This document shows, one piece after another, positions 39,640 to 48,535 of a stretch of 64,000 bases of DNA. The notes beneath the pieces were generated by a model. The model worked only from the letters and a program-made list of their open reading frames with translations. It made no database searches and was not told where the DNA came from. The DNA comes from an uncultured Spirochaetota bacterium (GTDB lineage: Bacteria; Spirochaetota; Spirochaetia; SZUA-6; CAVTHK01). Position numbers and translations under genes: made by a program. The stretch is taken from positions 160,001 through 224,000 of the forward strand of contig CAVTHK010000011.1 in assembly GCA_963734495.1 (NCBI GenBank), read 5' to 3'. Each line of letters begins with the position of its first letter. The first letter of the stretch is position 1.

Positions 39640-40941
39640 AGGAAAGGGATGCGAACGGTCATGGTGTGCGGCTCTCCGCAGCCTGTGAGAGGCGGCTGGT
39701 GAGACCGCAGGGCAGCCGCAGGCACGTTGTCTTCACGGTTCGCGGCCCGGCGAGCGAGCTTTCGGCGGAAAGGCCGCCGATGTCGCTGGCGCTCGTGCTC
39801 GACCGATCGGGATCGATGGCGGGGGGCAAGCTCGAAACCGCAAAGGCCGCGGCGTTGATGGTCCTCGACCGGCTGGACCAGCGGGACACCGCCTCGGTCG
39901 TCGTGTTCGACAACCAGATCGACGTGCTGCTGTCCGCGGCGGCGGTGGACGCCGCGTACAGAGACGGCGGGCGCAGTCGCTGCTTGCCGAGGTGGCGGCG
40001 CGCGCGAACACGGCCCTTCACGAGGGTGGCTCACCGGCTGCCGAGCGATCGCGCCGGGCGACTCGGAGGCTGCCGGCGGCAGGATGTCCCGCTGCTGGCT
40101 GCTGACCGACGGCCTCGCCAACGTCGGCTTCACGGACACGGAGCAGATCGCGGCGCAGGCGGCCGATATCCGGCGGAATGCCGGGATCTCGACGAGCACC
40201 TTCGGCGTGGGAACGGATTACGACGAGACTCTGCTCGGGCCTATGGCGGTGGCGGGCGGCGGGCAGTTCCACCACCTGAGGACCGAGACGGAGATCGCGG
40301 CCACGTTCTCAGGCGAGCTTGCGGAGCTGTTCCGCGTCGCGGCGCGCGGCGTCAGGCTCGAGATCGAGCTCGACCGCGGGACGAAGGCGGAGGTCATCAG
40401 CCCGTACTGGTCCGTGGCCTCCGACGACGGGCAGCGGCTGCGTATCGACATCGGCGACCTCCTGCCGGACGAGGAGCGTCGCGTCGTCGTTCGGCTCGGC
40501 TTCGACAAGGTGCCCGAAGGGGCGCTCGTGCCCGTTCGCGCGAGGGTCTTCTTCCGGGGCGAAAGCGGCGAGATCGAGGGAGATGCCGCGGCGCTCTCGT
40601 TTGAGGGAGCATCCGACGCGCGCTGCGACGCCGAGGCGCGCGACGCAGCGGTCATGCACTGGGTGGGGCTGCACCACGCGGACCGCGCGCGCATCGAAGC
40701 CCTGCGCCTGTGTCGCGACGGCGATGAGCGCGGCGCGCTGAGTGTGCTCGACCGCGTGATCCGGCGTCTCGCGGAATATGCGACCGGCGACCAGGAGCTG
40801 GTGAGCGCGCTCGAGCGGCTGCGCGACCTGCATCGCGAGATCAAGGAGCGGCGTCTTTCGGCTGCGGTCGCGCATGAAACCTACTACCAGTCCCAGACGC
40901 GCTCCCGCGGCCAGCGCGACCACAGGGGCGGATCCGCGTAA
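39636..40941 (+). CDS. vWA domain protein (YfbK-like), frameshifted near 39960-40080
   Basis: MIDAS LVLDRSGSM; LLTDGLANVG; STFGVGTDYDE..L..MAVAGGGQF; ATGA overlap with the merR stop; GGAGGAG RBS. Confidence 0.87.
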
Positions 40942-40942
40942 G

Positions 40943-41929
40943 CTACATCGTGCGGCCGTAGATTGCGGTCGGGCGATACACGCGGACGAGCTGCCAGCCG
41001 GCCTTGACCGCGCTGGTGAGACCGCCTACGCGGTAGTAGTCGATGGGCACGTACCAGCCGTCGGCCAGCGCTGTCCCATCCTCGGCGCGCCACCCGCGCA
41101 GCTCGAAGGCGGCCTTGCCCGCGGGCCTGGCGGACTGGAGAACGAGGCACACGGCGTGGCCGCCGCTGCCGCGATCGGGGGCGAACGAGCCGACATAGGC
41201 GCTCTTCCCCCAGAACTGCAGGAGCCCCGCCGTGACGAGCGCCCAGTCCTCGCAATCGCCGCTTCCCTCCGCCAGGAACTCGTCGGGCCGCAGCGCGGGG
41301 GTGTTCTCGCGGTATGAGTAGCGGTCCCAGAGCGCCTTCTGGAATGCGACGACCTCGCTCCAGTCGAGGTCTCCGTCGAGATTGCCGTCCGCCTCGGCGT
41401 AGAGGCGCTCGAGCGCTTCGCTCGCGATCCCGGTGGCTTCGCGGAACGCGCGCGTCCGTCCCGCAGGGCCCGGCCGCGCCGGCGGCAGTGGTTGCGGGCG
41501 GTAGACAGCCGGCATCGGCTGCGGCGCCGGCGGCAGCGCGTTGGGCGAATGCGACCCGCCGAAGATCGCGAATGTGATCGCGAGGCCGACCGCCACGCCG
41601 ACACAGCCGCCGAATCCGGACCCCGACCGCGCCTGAGGGGCAGCGACGCGAGGCTCGAGGCGGGGCGCGGGCGTCTTTGGCGGGATGCGGAGCGCAGGCG
41701 GCGCCGGCAGGTCGTCGACCCTCAGAAGCTGCATCCGGTCGGCGCGGAAGGTCCGCTCCGCGCCGCGCAGCCGGCACCACCCCCGCACGTAGATCGCGCC
41801 GTAGCGCGCGTGGACCGTCGGAGAGTCGACGGTGCGGACGGTGCGCTTCCCTTCATTATCCACATAGGAGAAGGTGAGCGTGGCCCCTCGGGACGCGGCC
41901 TCCCTGACGAGGGTGACGGCGCAGGACAT
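40943..41929 (-). CDS. WYL domain - TM helix - EF-hand - transglutaminase-like cysteine protease fusion
   Basis: WYL: TFSYVDNEGKRTVRTV...YVRGWCRLRGAERTFRADRM. TM: GCVGVAVGLAITFAIFGG, flanked by Pro-rich linkers. EF-hand loop DGNLDGDLDWSE. Catalytic-triad-like GDCEDWA / GHAVC / PIDY. Confidence 0.8.
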   Translation of the reverse strand: MSCAVTLVREAASRGATLTFSYVDNEGKRTVRTVDSPTVHARYGAIYVRGWCRLRGAERTFRADRMQLLRVDDLPAPPALRIPPKTPAPRLEPRVAAPQARSGSGFGGCVGVAVGLAITFAIFGGSHSPNALPPAPQPMPAVYRPQPLPPARPGPAGRTRAFREATGIASEALERLYAEADGNLDGDLDWSEVVAFQKALWDRYSYRENTPALRPDEFLAEGSGDCEDWALVTAGLLQFWGKSAYVGSFAPDRGSGGHAVCLVLQSARPAGKAAFELRGWRAEDGTALADGWYVPIDYYRVGGLTSAVKAGWQLVRVYRPTAIYGRTM

Positions 41930-41942
41930 CGCTCACTGAGGG

Positions 41943-41958
41943 AGCAAGGGCCGTGCCA
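41943..41958 (-). promoter_or_regulatory. sigma54 (-24/-12) promoter of the WYL-transglutaminase gene
   Basis: Minus strand reads TGGCACG-GCCC-TTGCT, an exact match to TGGCACG-N4-TTGCW, 13 nt upstream of the ATG and directly downstream of a sigma54 activator gene. Confidence 0.85.
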
Positions 41959-41984
41959 GCGGTTGTGAGGCGCCCCGCAGCCCC

Positions 41985-42009
41985 CCTGCGGCCGCGCTCG
42001 GGCCGCAGG
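41985..42009. promoter_or_regulatory. 9-bp inverted repeat (activator site or terminator hairpin)
   Basis: CCTGCGGCC-gcgctcg-GGCCGCAGG between the activator stop codon and the sigma54 promoter. Confidence 0.45.
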
Positions 42010-42049
42010 CCGTCACTGCCGTAGCCGTCGCCGGAACCGCGGTTGCCTT

Positions 42050-43645
42050 TCAGCCTTTCTCTTCGTCGCCCTCTTCGGCGCGGGGCGCGAGACCGAACCG
42101 CTCCCGCGCCGCCTTGCGGAACGCCGGGCCCTTGAGCCCGAGCAATCGCGCGGCCGCTTCGCCGTTGCCGCCGGCGCGGGCGAGCGCCTGCTCGTAGTAC
42201 TCGCGCTCGATCGCGTGCAGCACCGCGCGCAGCTCCACCCCCTGGGGCGGCAGCGCGAAATCCCGCAAGCCGACCGCGCGCCCGCGCCTGAAGTGCGCGA
42301 GGAGCCTGACCGGAAGCAGGTCGACCGGCACCTCATCGGCCTGCGAGCCGGCGCAGGCCGAGATGACGGCGTTCTGCAGCTCGCGGACATTCCCGGGCCA
42401 GGGATAGGCGACGAGCAGCGAGGCGGCCTCGTCCGAGAGGCGCTTGCTCTCGCCGCACTGCCTGTTCCAGTCCGCGAGGAAACGGCGCATGAGCAGCGCG
42501 ATGTCCTCGGGCCGCTCGCGCAGGGGCGGGACGGTGATGGTGAACTGCGCGAGTCGCTCGTAGAGGTCGCGGCGGAACGAGCCTTCTTCCACCATCTTCT
42601 CGAGGTCGTGGTTCGTCGCCGCGAGGATGCGCACGTCGACCTTGCGCTCGCGATCCTCGCCGACGGGGATCAGCGTCTTCTCCTCGAGCACGCGCAGCAG
42701 CTTGGGCTGGATGCCGGGCGGCAGGTCGCCGACCTCGTCGAGCAGGACGGTGCCGCCCTCGGCCGCGCGGAGCAGGCCGAGCCGCGCGCTGTCGGCGCCC
42801 GTAAAGGCGCCCCGCCCGTGGCCGAAGAGCTCGCTCTCCACGAGCGTGGGCGTGAACGCCGCGCAGTTCAGGGGGAAGAAGGGCGCTTTGGCGCGGTCGC
42901 TCGCCTCGTGGATCATGCGTGCGATCAACCCCTTGCCGGTCCCGGTCTCGCCCTGGATCAGGACGGAGATCGAGTAGCGGGCTGCCCGCTCGGCGCGTTC
43001 GAGCGCGGCGCGGAACGCGGGGCTCTCACCCACGACGCCTTCGGCCGCGGCGCGGGCGATCCAGCGGGGCGAAGCGGCGGGCGAGGTCGCCCCGTCGGGC
43101 TCGGCGATCCTGACCTCGGGCAGCACGCTGCTCGCGAGGTTGACCTCCTTGACCTTGTACACGCCGGCTGCAAAGCGCGGCGGTATCCCCTGCAGCAGCC
43201 TCGCCTTGAGGAGCCCGGAGCGGGCGAGCAGGAACCACGCGGTCTGCATCTGCGGCGTTCCGGGATCGAGCAGCACCCAGAGCTCCGGCGAGCGGTGGGC
43301 GAGGCTTTCGATCACGCGGCCGGCGGCATCGCGGAGGCGCGCGAAGATCTCCTCGTAGTCGATCGGCGACGCGAGGTCGATCTGCACAAAGGAAAACACG
43401 GGGGGCCGCTCGATCTCGACGCCCGCGATCTCCTCGACGTCGCGCGCGCGAACGAGGTAGTCCGGCCCGGTGCAGAAGAGGAACACGCGGTCGAAGCGGC
43501 GGGCGCCTAACAGGCTGAGCACGGGGCCCGGCTCCAGACCTTCCGGCCCGTCCGCGCGGCGGGGATCGCGGTTGCCGACAAAAGAGAGGAGGACGCGTTC
43601 GGGTGGGGCGGGCCCGCTCGGCTCCGTCGCTTTTCCGGGTGCCAT
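42050..43645 (-). CDS. RtcR-like sigma54-dependent activator with an N-terminal CARF domain
   Basis: N-terminus VLLSFVGNRDP...GPVLSLL...FDRVFLF...SPIDYEEIF...LLDPGTPQMQTAWFLL. AAA+ motifs GETGTGK, ESELFGH, GAFTGA, LDEVG, QPKLLRVLEE, FRRDLYERL, WPGNVREL. Fis-type HTH AARLLGL. Confidence 0.88.
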   Translation of the reverse strand: MAPGKATEPSGPAPPERVLLSFVGNRDPRRADGPEGLEPGPVLSLLGARRFDRVFLFCTGPDYLVRARDVEEIAGVEIERPPVFSFVQIDLASPIDYEEIFARLRDAAGRVIESLAHRSPELWVLLDPGTPQMQTAWFLLARSGLLKARLLQGIPPRFAAGVYKVKEVNLASSVLPEVRIAEPDGATSPAASPRWIARAAAEGVVGESPAFRAALERAERAARYSISVLIQGETGTGKGLIARMIHEASDRAKAPFFPLNCAAFTPTLVESELFGHGRGAFTGADSARLGLLRAAEGGTVLLDEVGDLPPGIQPKLLRVLEEKTLIPVGEDRERKVDVRILAATNHDLEKMVEEGSFRRDLYERLAQFTITVPPLRERPEDIALLMRRFLADWNRQCGESKRLSDEAASLLVAYPWPGNVRELQNAVISACAGSQADEVPVDLLPVRLLAHFRRGRAVGLRDFALPPQGVELRAVLHAIEREYYEQALARAGGNGEAAARLLGLKGPAFRKAARERFGLAPRAEEGDEEKG

Positions 43646-43728
43646 CGCACCCAAGCCTAATCGCTGCGGCGGGGGCCCGCAAGCGTCAGGCCGTGCGCCG
43701 GGCCCCGCTGGCCGCTTCAACGACCGCC

Positions 43729-44649
43729 TCACCGCCGCGACCGCGGGCGCAGGCGCACGACCTCCTCGACGGCCGCCGGATCGTCGGGGAACAGGCCCGC
43801 GCGGGCCAGGCGCGGCACGAGATCCGCCCAGCGGCCATCGGCCGCGAAGAGCCTGCGGAACAGCCGAAGCGCCTCGGGCCTGCGCCCGCCGGTGTACATC
43901 GCGAAAGCCGCCCAGAACTGCAGCTCGCTCACTTCGGGCGCTAGACCGGCGGCCGCTTCGTACGCCGCGAGCGCCTCCGCCGGCCGCCCCTCGGCGACGA
44001 AGCTGTCGCCCCTGTCTTCGAGCAGGTAGGCGCGCCGGAGGCGCGTCAGGCGGCGGAGCTCCTCGAGCGGCTCGGGGCTGTCGTCCACGCGGAGGTCGAA
44101 GGTCCGGTCCATCCACGGCTTGCCCGAAGGCTTGCCGCTCACCACCAGGATCGCCGCCGACTGCCTGCCGCGGATGTCGCCGCCGGCCTTCTCGCCTGCC
44201 TCGAGGGCCCGCAGCAGCCGCTCGGCGAGGTCGCCGTCGGCGCTCTCGAACGCATCCTTCATCGCGGGCCACACCGAGGGATTCGCCATCATGTTGGCCT
44301 GCACGGAGAACTGATCGCCGGTGAGGTGGCCGGCGTCCGGGATGCAGCCGGGGCCCGTCCAGGCCGCGACTCCTCCCGCGGCGTCCACCATCGCCACCTG
44401 CCGGCCCTGGGGATGGGCATCGGTCGCAAGCAGCGAGTCGAGCGCGTCGCGCGCCGCGAGGCCCGAGCGCATCTTCTCGAGCCCCAGCGGACCGTAGTCG
44501 GGCAGCACGAGCGACTGCGTGGCGACGACGCCGACGCCCGACTCGGCCCAGGGCACCACCGCGCCCACGGCGAAGTAGTGCGACTGCACCGCCGCTCCCA
44601 GCTCGCCGGTCTGCCGGTCGCGCGCCACGATCGAGTAGGTGTGGACCAA
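43729..44649 (-). CDS. DUF1028 (Ntn-hydrolase-like) protein with a C-terminal TPR
   Basis: HTYSIVARD..TGELGAAVQSHYFAVG.VVPW, GVVATQS, AGGDIRGRQSAA, DLRVDD. Confidence 0.9.
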   Translation of the reverse strand: MVHTYSIVARDRQTGELGAAVQSHYFAVGAVVPWAESGVGVVATQSLVLPDYGPLGLEKMRSGLAARDALDSLLATDAHPQGRQVAMVDAAGGVAAWTGPGCIPDAGHLTGDQFSVQANMMANPSVWPAMKDAFESADGDLAERLLRALEAGEKAGGDIRGRQSAAILVVSGKPSGKPWMDRTFDLRVDDSPEPLEELRRLTRLRRAYLLEDRGDSFVAEGRPAEALAAYEAAAGLAPEVSELQFWAAFAMYTGGRRPEALRLFRRLFAADGRWADLVPRLARAGLFPDDPAAVEEVVRLRPRSRR

Positions 44650-44662
44650 GCGAGCCTCCCTG

Positions 44663-45613
44663 TCAGGCGCGGCCTGCTCTGCCGGCAGCCTTCCCGACGA
44701 CCGTGAGCAGCGACCTGAACGCAGGGTCGCTTCCCGACTGCACGGCCATCCACTTTTCCCGCAGCCGCGAGGTCACGGGTCCTATCCCTCCCTTGCCGAC
44801 GAGTCGGGCATCCACCTCTTTGACGGGGGCGATGAAAGCCGAGGTGCCGGCCGCGAAGACCTCGTCGGCCACGTACAGCTCCGTGAGGTCGACGGGGCGT
44901 TCCAGCGCAGGTATGCCCATGGCGGCCGCGAGCTCGAGCACGGTCCTCCGGTTCATCCCCTCCAGGATGTCGGCCGCCGTGTCCGGCGTGATGACCGTCC
45001 CGCCGCGGACGATAAAGATGTTGGCCGCGGAAAGCTCGCAGACGTGGCCCGCCGCGTCGAGGAAGATGCAGTCGTCGTAGCCCGAGTCGATGGCGTCCTG
45101 CTTGGCGAGCACCGAGTTCACGTAGGCGCCGTTCACCTTGGCGCGCGAGGGGATCGCGTAGTCGGGCACGCGGCGCCACACGCTCGTCTTGAGCCGGGCC
45201 CCGTCCTGCGGAACGATCGGCGTCGCCTCGTAGACGAACATGCTGAGGAGTGTCGAAAGGCCGCGTGACCGCGTGCCGGGCACCAGGTCGGTCACGTGCA
45301 CGGTGGCGCGCACGAACACCCGCTCGCCGATCGCGTTGGACGCCACGAGCTGCCTGACGGCCTGCACGAAGCGCTCCCTGGGCCACGCCGGCTCGAACGT
45401 GTCGATCCCGATGATCCGCGCCGAGTTCACAATGCGCACGTAATGATCGTCGAGCCTGAAGGCCGCCAGGTCGCCGCCGTCCGTCACGTTGACCGGGAAC
45501 ACCGTGTAGACGCTGAGACCATACATCACGGCCGAGCTCGCGATGCTCAGCCTGGCCTCCTCGATCGGCCTGATCGAATCACCGAAGAACGCGCTGCCGT
45601 AGATTCGAGCCAT
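44663..45613 (-). CDS. ilvE: Class IV aminotransferase (branched-chain amino acid transaminase-like)
   Basis: AFRLDDHY.R, RAKVNGAY.NS (PLP lysine), GYDDCIFLD..GHVCELSAANIF, ILEGMNR, ADEVF.AGT. Confidence 0.8.
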   Translation of the reverse strand: MARIYGSAFFGDSIRPIEEARLSIASSAVMYGLSVYTVFPVNVTDGGDLAAFRLDDHYVRIVNSARIIGIDTFEPAWPRERFVQAVRQLVASNAIGERVFVRATVHVTDLVPGTRSRGLSTLLSMFVYEATPIVPQDGARLKTSVWRRVPDYAIPSRAKVNGAYVNSVLAKQDAIDSGYDDCIFLDAAGHVCELSAANIFIVRGGTVITPDTAADILEGMNRRTVLELAAAMGIPALERPVDLTELYVADEVFAAGTSAFIAPVKEVDARLVGKGGIGPVTSRLREKWMAVQSGSDPAFRSLLTVVGKAAGRAGRA

Positions 45614-45794
45614 GTCGCACCTGCCTGGGCCACCGCGGCGCGCGGTGGCTACGTGATCATCGTCGATCCCGGCCGGGAGTTCAACAGAGGCGGTCCGCGG
45701 GGCGGCGTGACACGTGTTTGTCATTCCGCGATGGCGCGACTACGTGCAGGATCAATGGGCGACTCGACGATGGAACGTCGGAGGAGGCGCGGCG

Positions 45795-46670
45795 ATGACA
45801 GTCCTTGGCAGAAGGGGAGCGTGGGCGATCCTGCTCGCGCTGGTGCTGACCGCAGGTGCCGCGGCGCAGACCATCCGCGAGAACGGGCTGGTCTATGCCC
45901 GCGCCGGCGACCTGGAGCTCAAGCTCGACCTCGCGCGGCCTCTCAAGCCCGCGGGGCCGGCGCCGGCGATCGTCTTCGTGTTCGGCGGCGGCTTCCGAAC
46001 CAACAGCCGGAGCCAGTGCTACCTGTACGTCGACGAGGCGGCGAGCAAGGGATACGTGGCCGCCGCGGTCGACTACCGGCTCACGAGCGTGAAAGACGCG
46101 AACGGGAAGCCCAAGTACCAGTTCCCGGACCAGGTCCACGACGTGAAGGCGGCCGTCCGCTGGCTGCGCGCGAACGCGGCTCGCTACGGCATCGACCCCG
46201 ACCATATCGGGATCGTGGGCTGGTCTTCCGGGGCGAACCTTTCTCTGATGGTGGGCGATGACGGATCCCTCGGACGGGCTGGAGGGGAACCTCGGCAACC
46301 CGGGCTACTCCAGCAGAGTGCAGGCTGTCACGAGCCTGGCGGGCCCGTGCGACATGGCGCTCCACTATCGAGACGGCGAGCCAGTTCATAGGGCCCTACC
46401 TCGGCGGGACGCCGAGCCGAGATGCCCGAGCGGTACCGCGCGGCGAGCGTCATCACCTACGTGACCCGCGACGACCCGCCCGTCCTCGCGATCCAGGGCA
46501 GCAAGGACACGTTGTGCGTGCCGAAGCAGCTGGAGATCCTCGGCAACCGGATGCGCGAGCTCGGGCTCTCGCACACGGTTGTCATGAAGGAAGGCATGGA
46601 GCACGCCGTCCCCTGGAACGACCCTGCGATGTGGGAGTTCTTCGGCCGAACGCTCAAGGGGGCGCCGTAG
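45795..46670 (+). CDS. Exported alpha/beta hydrolase (HSL/BD-FAE-like esterase), frameshifted
   Basis: Signal peptide; VFGGGF; DYRL; DVKAAVRWLRANA..YGIDPD.IG..GWSSGANL. PPVLAIQGSKD and GMEH appear in later frames. Confidence 0.82.
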
Positions 46671-46685
46671 GGGGAGACGGACTCG

Positions 46686-46714
46686 GGGCCCGGCCGCGCG
46701 CGTCGACCGGGCCC
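46686..46714. terminator. Possible bidirectional hairpin between convergent genes
   Basis: GGGCCCGG...CCGGGCCC stem; no U-tract. Confidence 0.35.
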
Positions 46715-46718
46715 GCCG

Positions 46719-47273
46719 TTACTCGGGCTTGAAGGTTGCGCGGACGTCGGTCACGAGCCTGCCCAACTTCTCAGCGCCGGCAGGTTGGTATGTGGCCTGC
46801 GCCTGCGACGCGTCGGGCTGCTTGCCCACAGTGATCCGCCCGGTCCACAGCACCGTGTTTTCCCACTGCAGGTTGCCTTCGATGCGGTAGACGTAGACGC
46901 CGTCGGGGACGCGCCTTCCCTGCGCGTCGGTGCAGTCCCACGCAAGACTGATCTGCCCGGGTTTCTGCGTCGCCCCGCTGACGGCGTCGATCTGCGCCTG
47001 GGTCCAATCGGCGATCCCCGCGGTCCTGACCCAGGTGGGAACGCTCTGGGCCCGTTTGAGAAAGCCGCGCTTGCGTGCCGTGAAGTCCGTGGCGAACAGG
47101 GTCCGCACGTGACGGCCGTTCTCGTCCTCGATCCACACGGCGATCTGGTTGCTTGCAGTCTTGCCGATGCGATCGAGCCTGTACGTGATCGCCACCCGGC
47201 CGGCCTGAGCCTCCACCCGGGAGGCAAGCCCGAGTCCGAGAGCGAGGAGAATGAGCCCGGTGGCTGCCTTCAT
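46719..47273 (-). CDS. DUF2271 exported protein carrying a flavinylation motif
   Basis: Signal peptide; QIAVWIEDENGRHVRTL; IDAVSGAT; WDCTD..G..VPDGVY. Confidence 0.85.
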   Translation of the reverse strand: MKAATGLILLALGLGLASRVEAQAGRVAITYRLDRIGKTASNQIAVWIEDENGRHVRTLFATDFTARKRGFLKRAQSVPTWVRTAGIADWTQAQIDAVSGATQKPGQISLAWDCTDAQGRRVPDGVYVYRIEGNLQWENTVLWTGRITVGKQPDASQAQATYQPAGAEKLGRLVTDVRATFKPE

Positions 47274-48163
47274 TTTTCGCCTCCTTTCTCCTGGTTCGCC
47301 ATCCGGTCATAGGCGCGGTACAGGCACTGGTTGCCGAGCGAGCCTTCGCCGTGCGCCCGCGTCTCGAGGAATAACGAAGAGCACAGCATCGTTCCCGGGA
47401 CCGGGACGTTGCGCCTGAATGCGGCGTCGATGACGATCTTGAGGTCCTTGGTATGAAGGTCGATGCGGAAGTTCGGGCGCGTGTCCCGCTCGAGCATCAG
47501 GGGGCCGAGGTTCTCGAGGATCCAGGAGTTGGCGGCGCCGCCCTTGAGCACCTGGTGCAGGCGGGGGAGGTCGATGCCCTCGGCCCGCGCGAGGGCGAGC
47601 GCTTCGGCGACCGCCTGTATGTGCATGGCCGTGATCAACTGGTTGCACATCTTGGTGCACTGGCCGGCGCCCGCCTCGCCCATCCACGTGATGGTCGTTC
47701 CCATGGCCTGCAGCACCGGGAGGATGTGCTGGAATGCGCTCTGCGGGCCGCCGGCCATGATCGAGAGCGTGCCTTCGATCGCGCCCTTGGCGCCGCCGCT
47801 CACTGGAGCGTCGAAGAAGGTGATCCCCCGCTGCGCCAGCGCTTCCGCGATCTCGCGGGTCACCTGGGGCGAGATGGTGCTCATGTCCACCACGGTGGTG
47901 CCCTTCTTGAGGGTCTCGATCGCGCCACCGGGGCCGAGGATCACGGCGCGGACGTCCGGCGAGTCGGGGAGCATCGTGATGAGCTTGGAGACGCCGGCTG
48001 CGATGTCCCGCACCGACGCGCCTGCTGTGGCGCCGCTCCGCACGGCGTCGCGTACCGCTTCGGCGTTCAAGTCATACGCGACGACCTTGTAGCCGGCCTT
48101 GATGAGGTTGCGCGCCATCGGCCTTCCCATGACTCCGAGGCCGACAAATCCGATCGTTTCCAT
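47270..48163 (-). CDS. 2-hydroxy-3-oxopropionate reductase / beta-hydroxyacid dehydrogenase
   Basis: IGFVGLGVMGRPMARNL, ITMLPDSPDV, DMSTISP, DAPVSGG, GQCTKMCNQ. Confidence 0.9.
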   Translation of the reverse strand: METIGFVGLGVMGRPMARNLIKAGYKVVAYDLNAEAVRDAVRSGATAGASVRDIAAGVSKLITMLPDSPDVRAVILGPGGAIETLKKGTTVVDMSTISPQVTREIAEALAQRGITFFDAPVSGGAKGAIEGTLSIMAGGPQSAFQHILPVLQAMGTTITWMGEAGAGQCTKMCNQLITAMHIQAVAEALALARAEGIDLPRLHQVLKGGAANSWILENLGPLMLERDTRPNFRIDLHTKDLKIVIDAAFRRNVPVPGTMLCSSLFLETRAHGEGSLGNQCLYRAYDRMANQEKGGEK

Positions 48164-48535
48164 GCATTCTCCTTGCCGCGTGCGCGACGGCTGAGTGCCC
48201 GGCAGCGCCGCGGGCCACCGCCACATTGCGCGGGGAGCAGCGCGTGCGCAAGCGCGTCTTGCCCTTCGGCGCTGCCGCGTTTGGGACCGGGGCCCGGGCG
48301 GGGGGCGGGGCCGGTATTGCCGGCGCCTCAAGGCTTTCGAGCCCGCGCCCTGGAGGCTCCGCCGGAAAGGTGGGGGACCTGACGCCGCACCCGCAACGGT
48401 GAATGTGAACTTGGTTATATTCACGCTGAAACGAATGGCTATCGGCAACCGTGCGTTGCGGGTGATGCTCCGAAAAACTGCTTCTCATAGGTACGGGCGC
48501 GCGACCTGATAGTCACGCAATGCGCAGGAGGATCA

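Noticed and set aside
42050-43645. CARF protein as evidence for a CRISPR-Cas locus
   Set aside because: No cas genes or repeat-spacer array seen; the architecture is RtcR-type.
43646-44272. N-terminal extension making the sigma54 activator 740 aa
   Set aside because: Overlaps DUF1028 in another frame; the CARF domain starts just after ATG 43645.
48400-48430. GTGAA-N10-TTCAC inverted repeat between divergent genes
   Set aside because: Plausible operator, but only 5-bp arms and no cognate regulator nearby; too weak to call.
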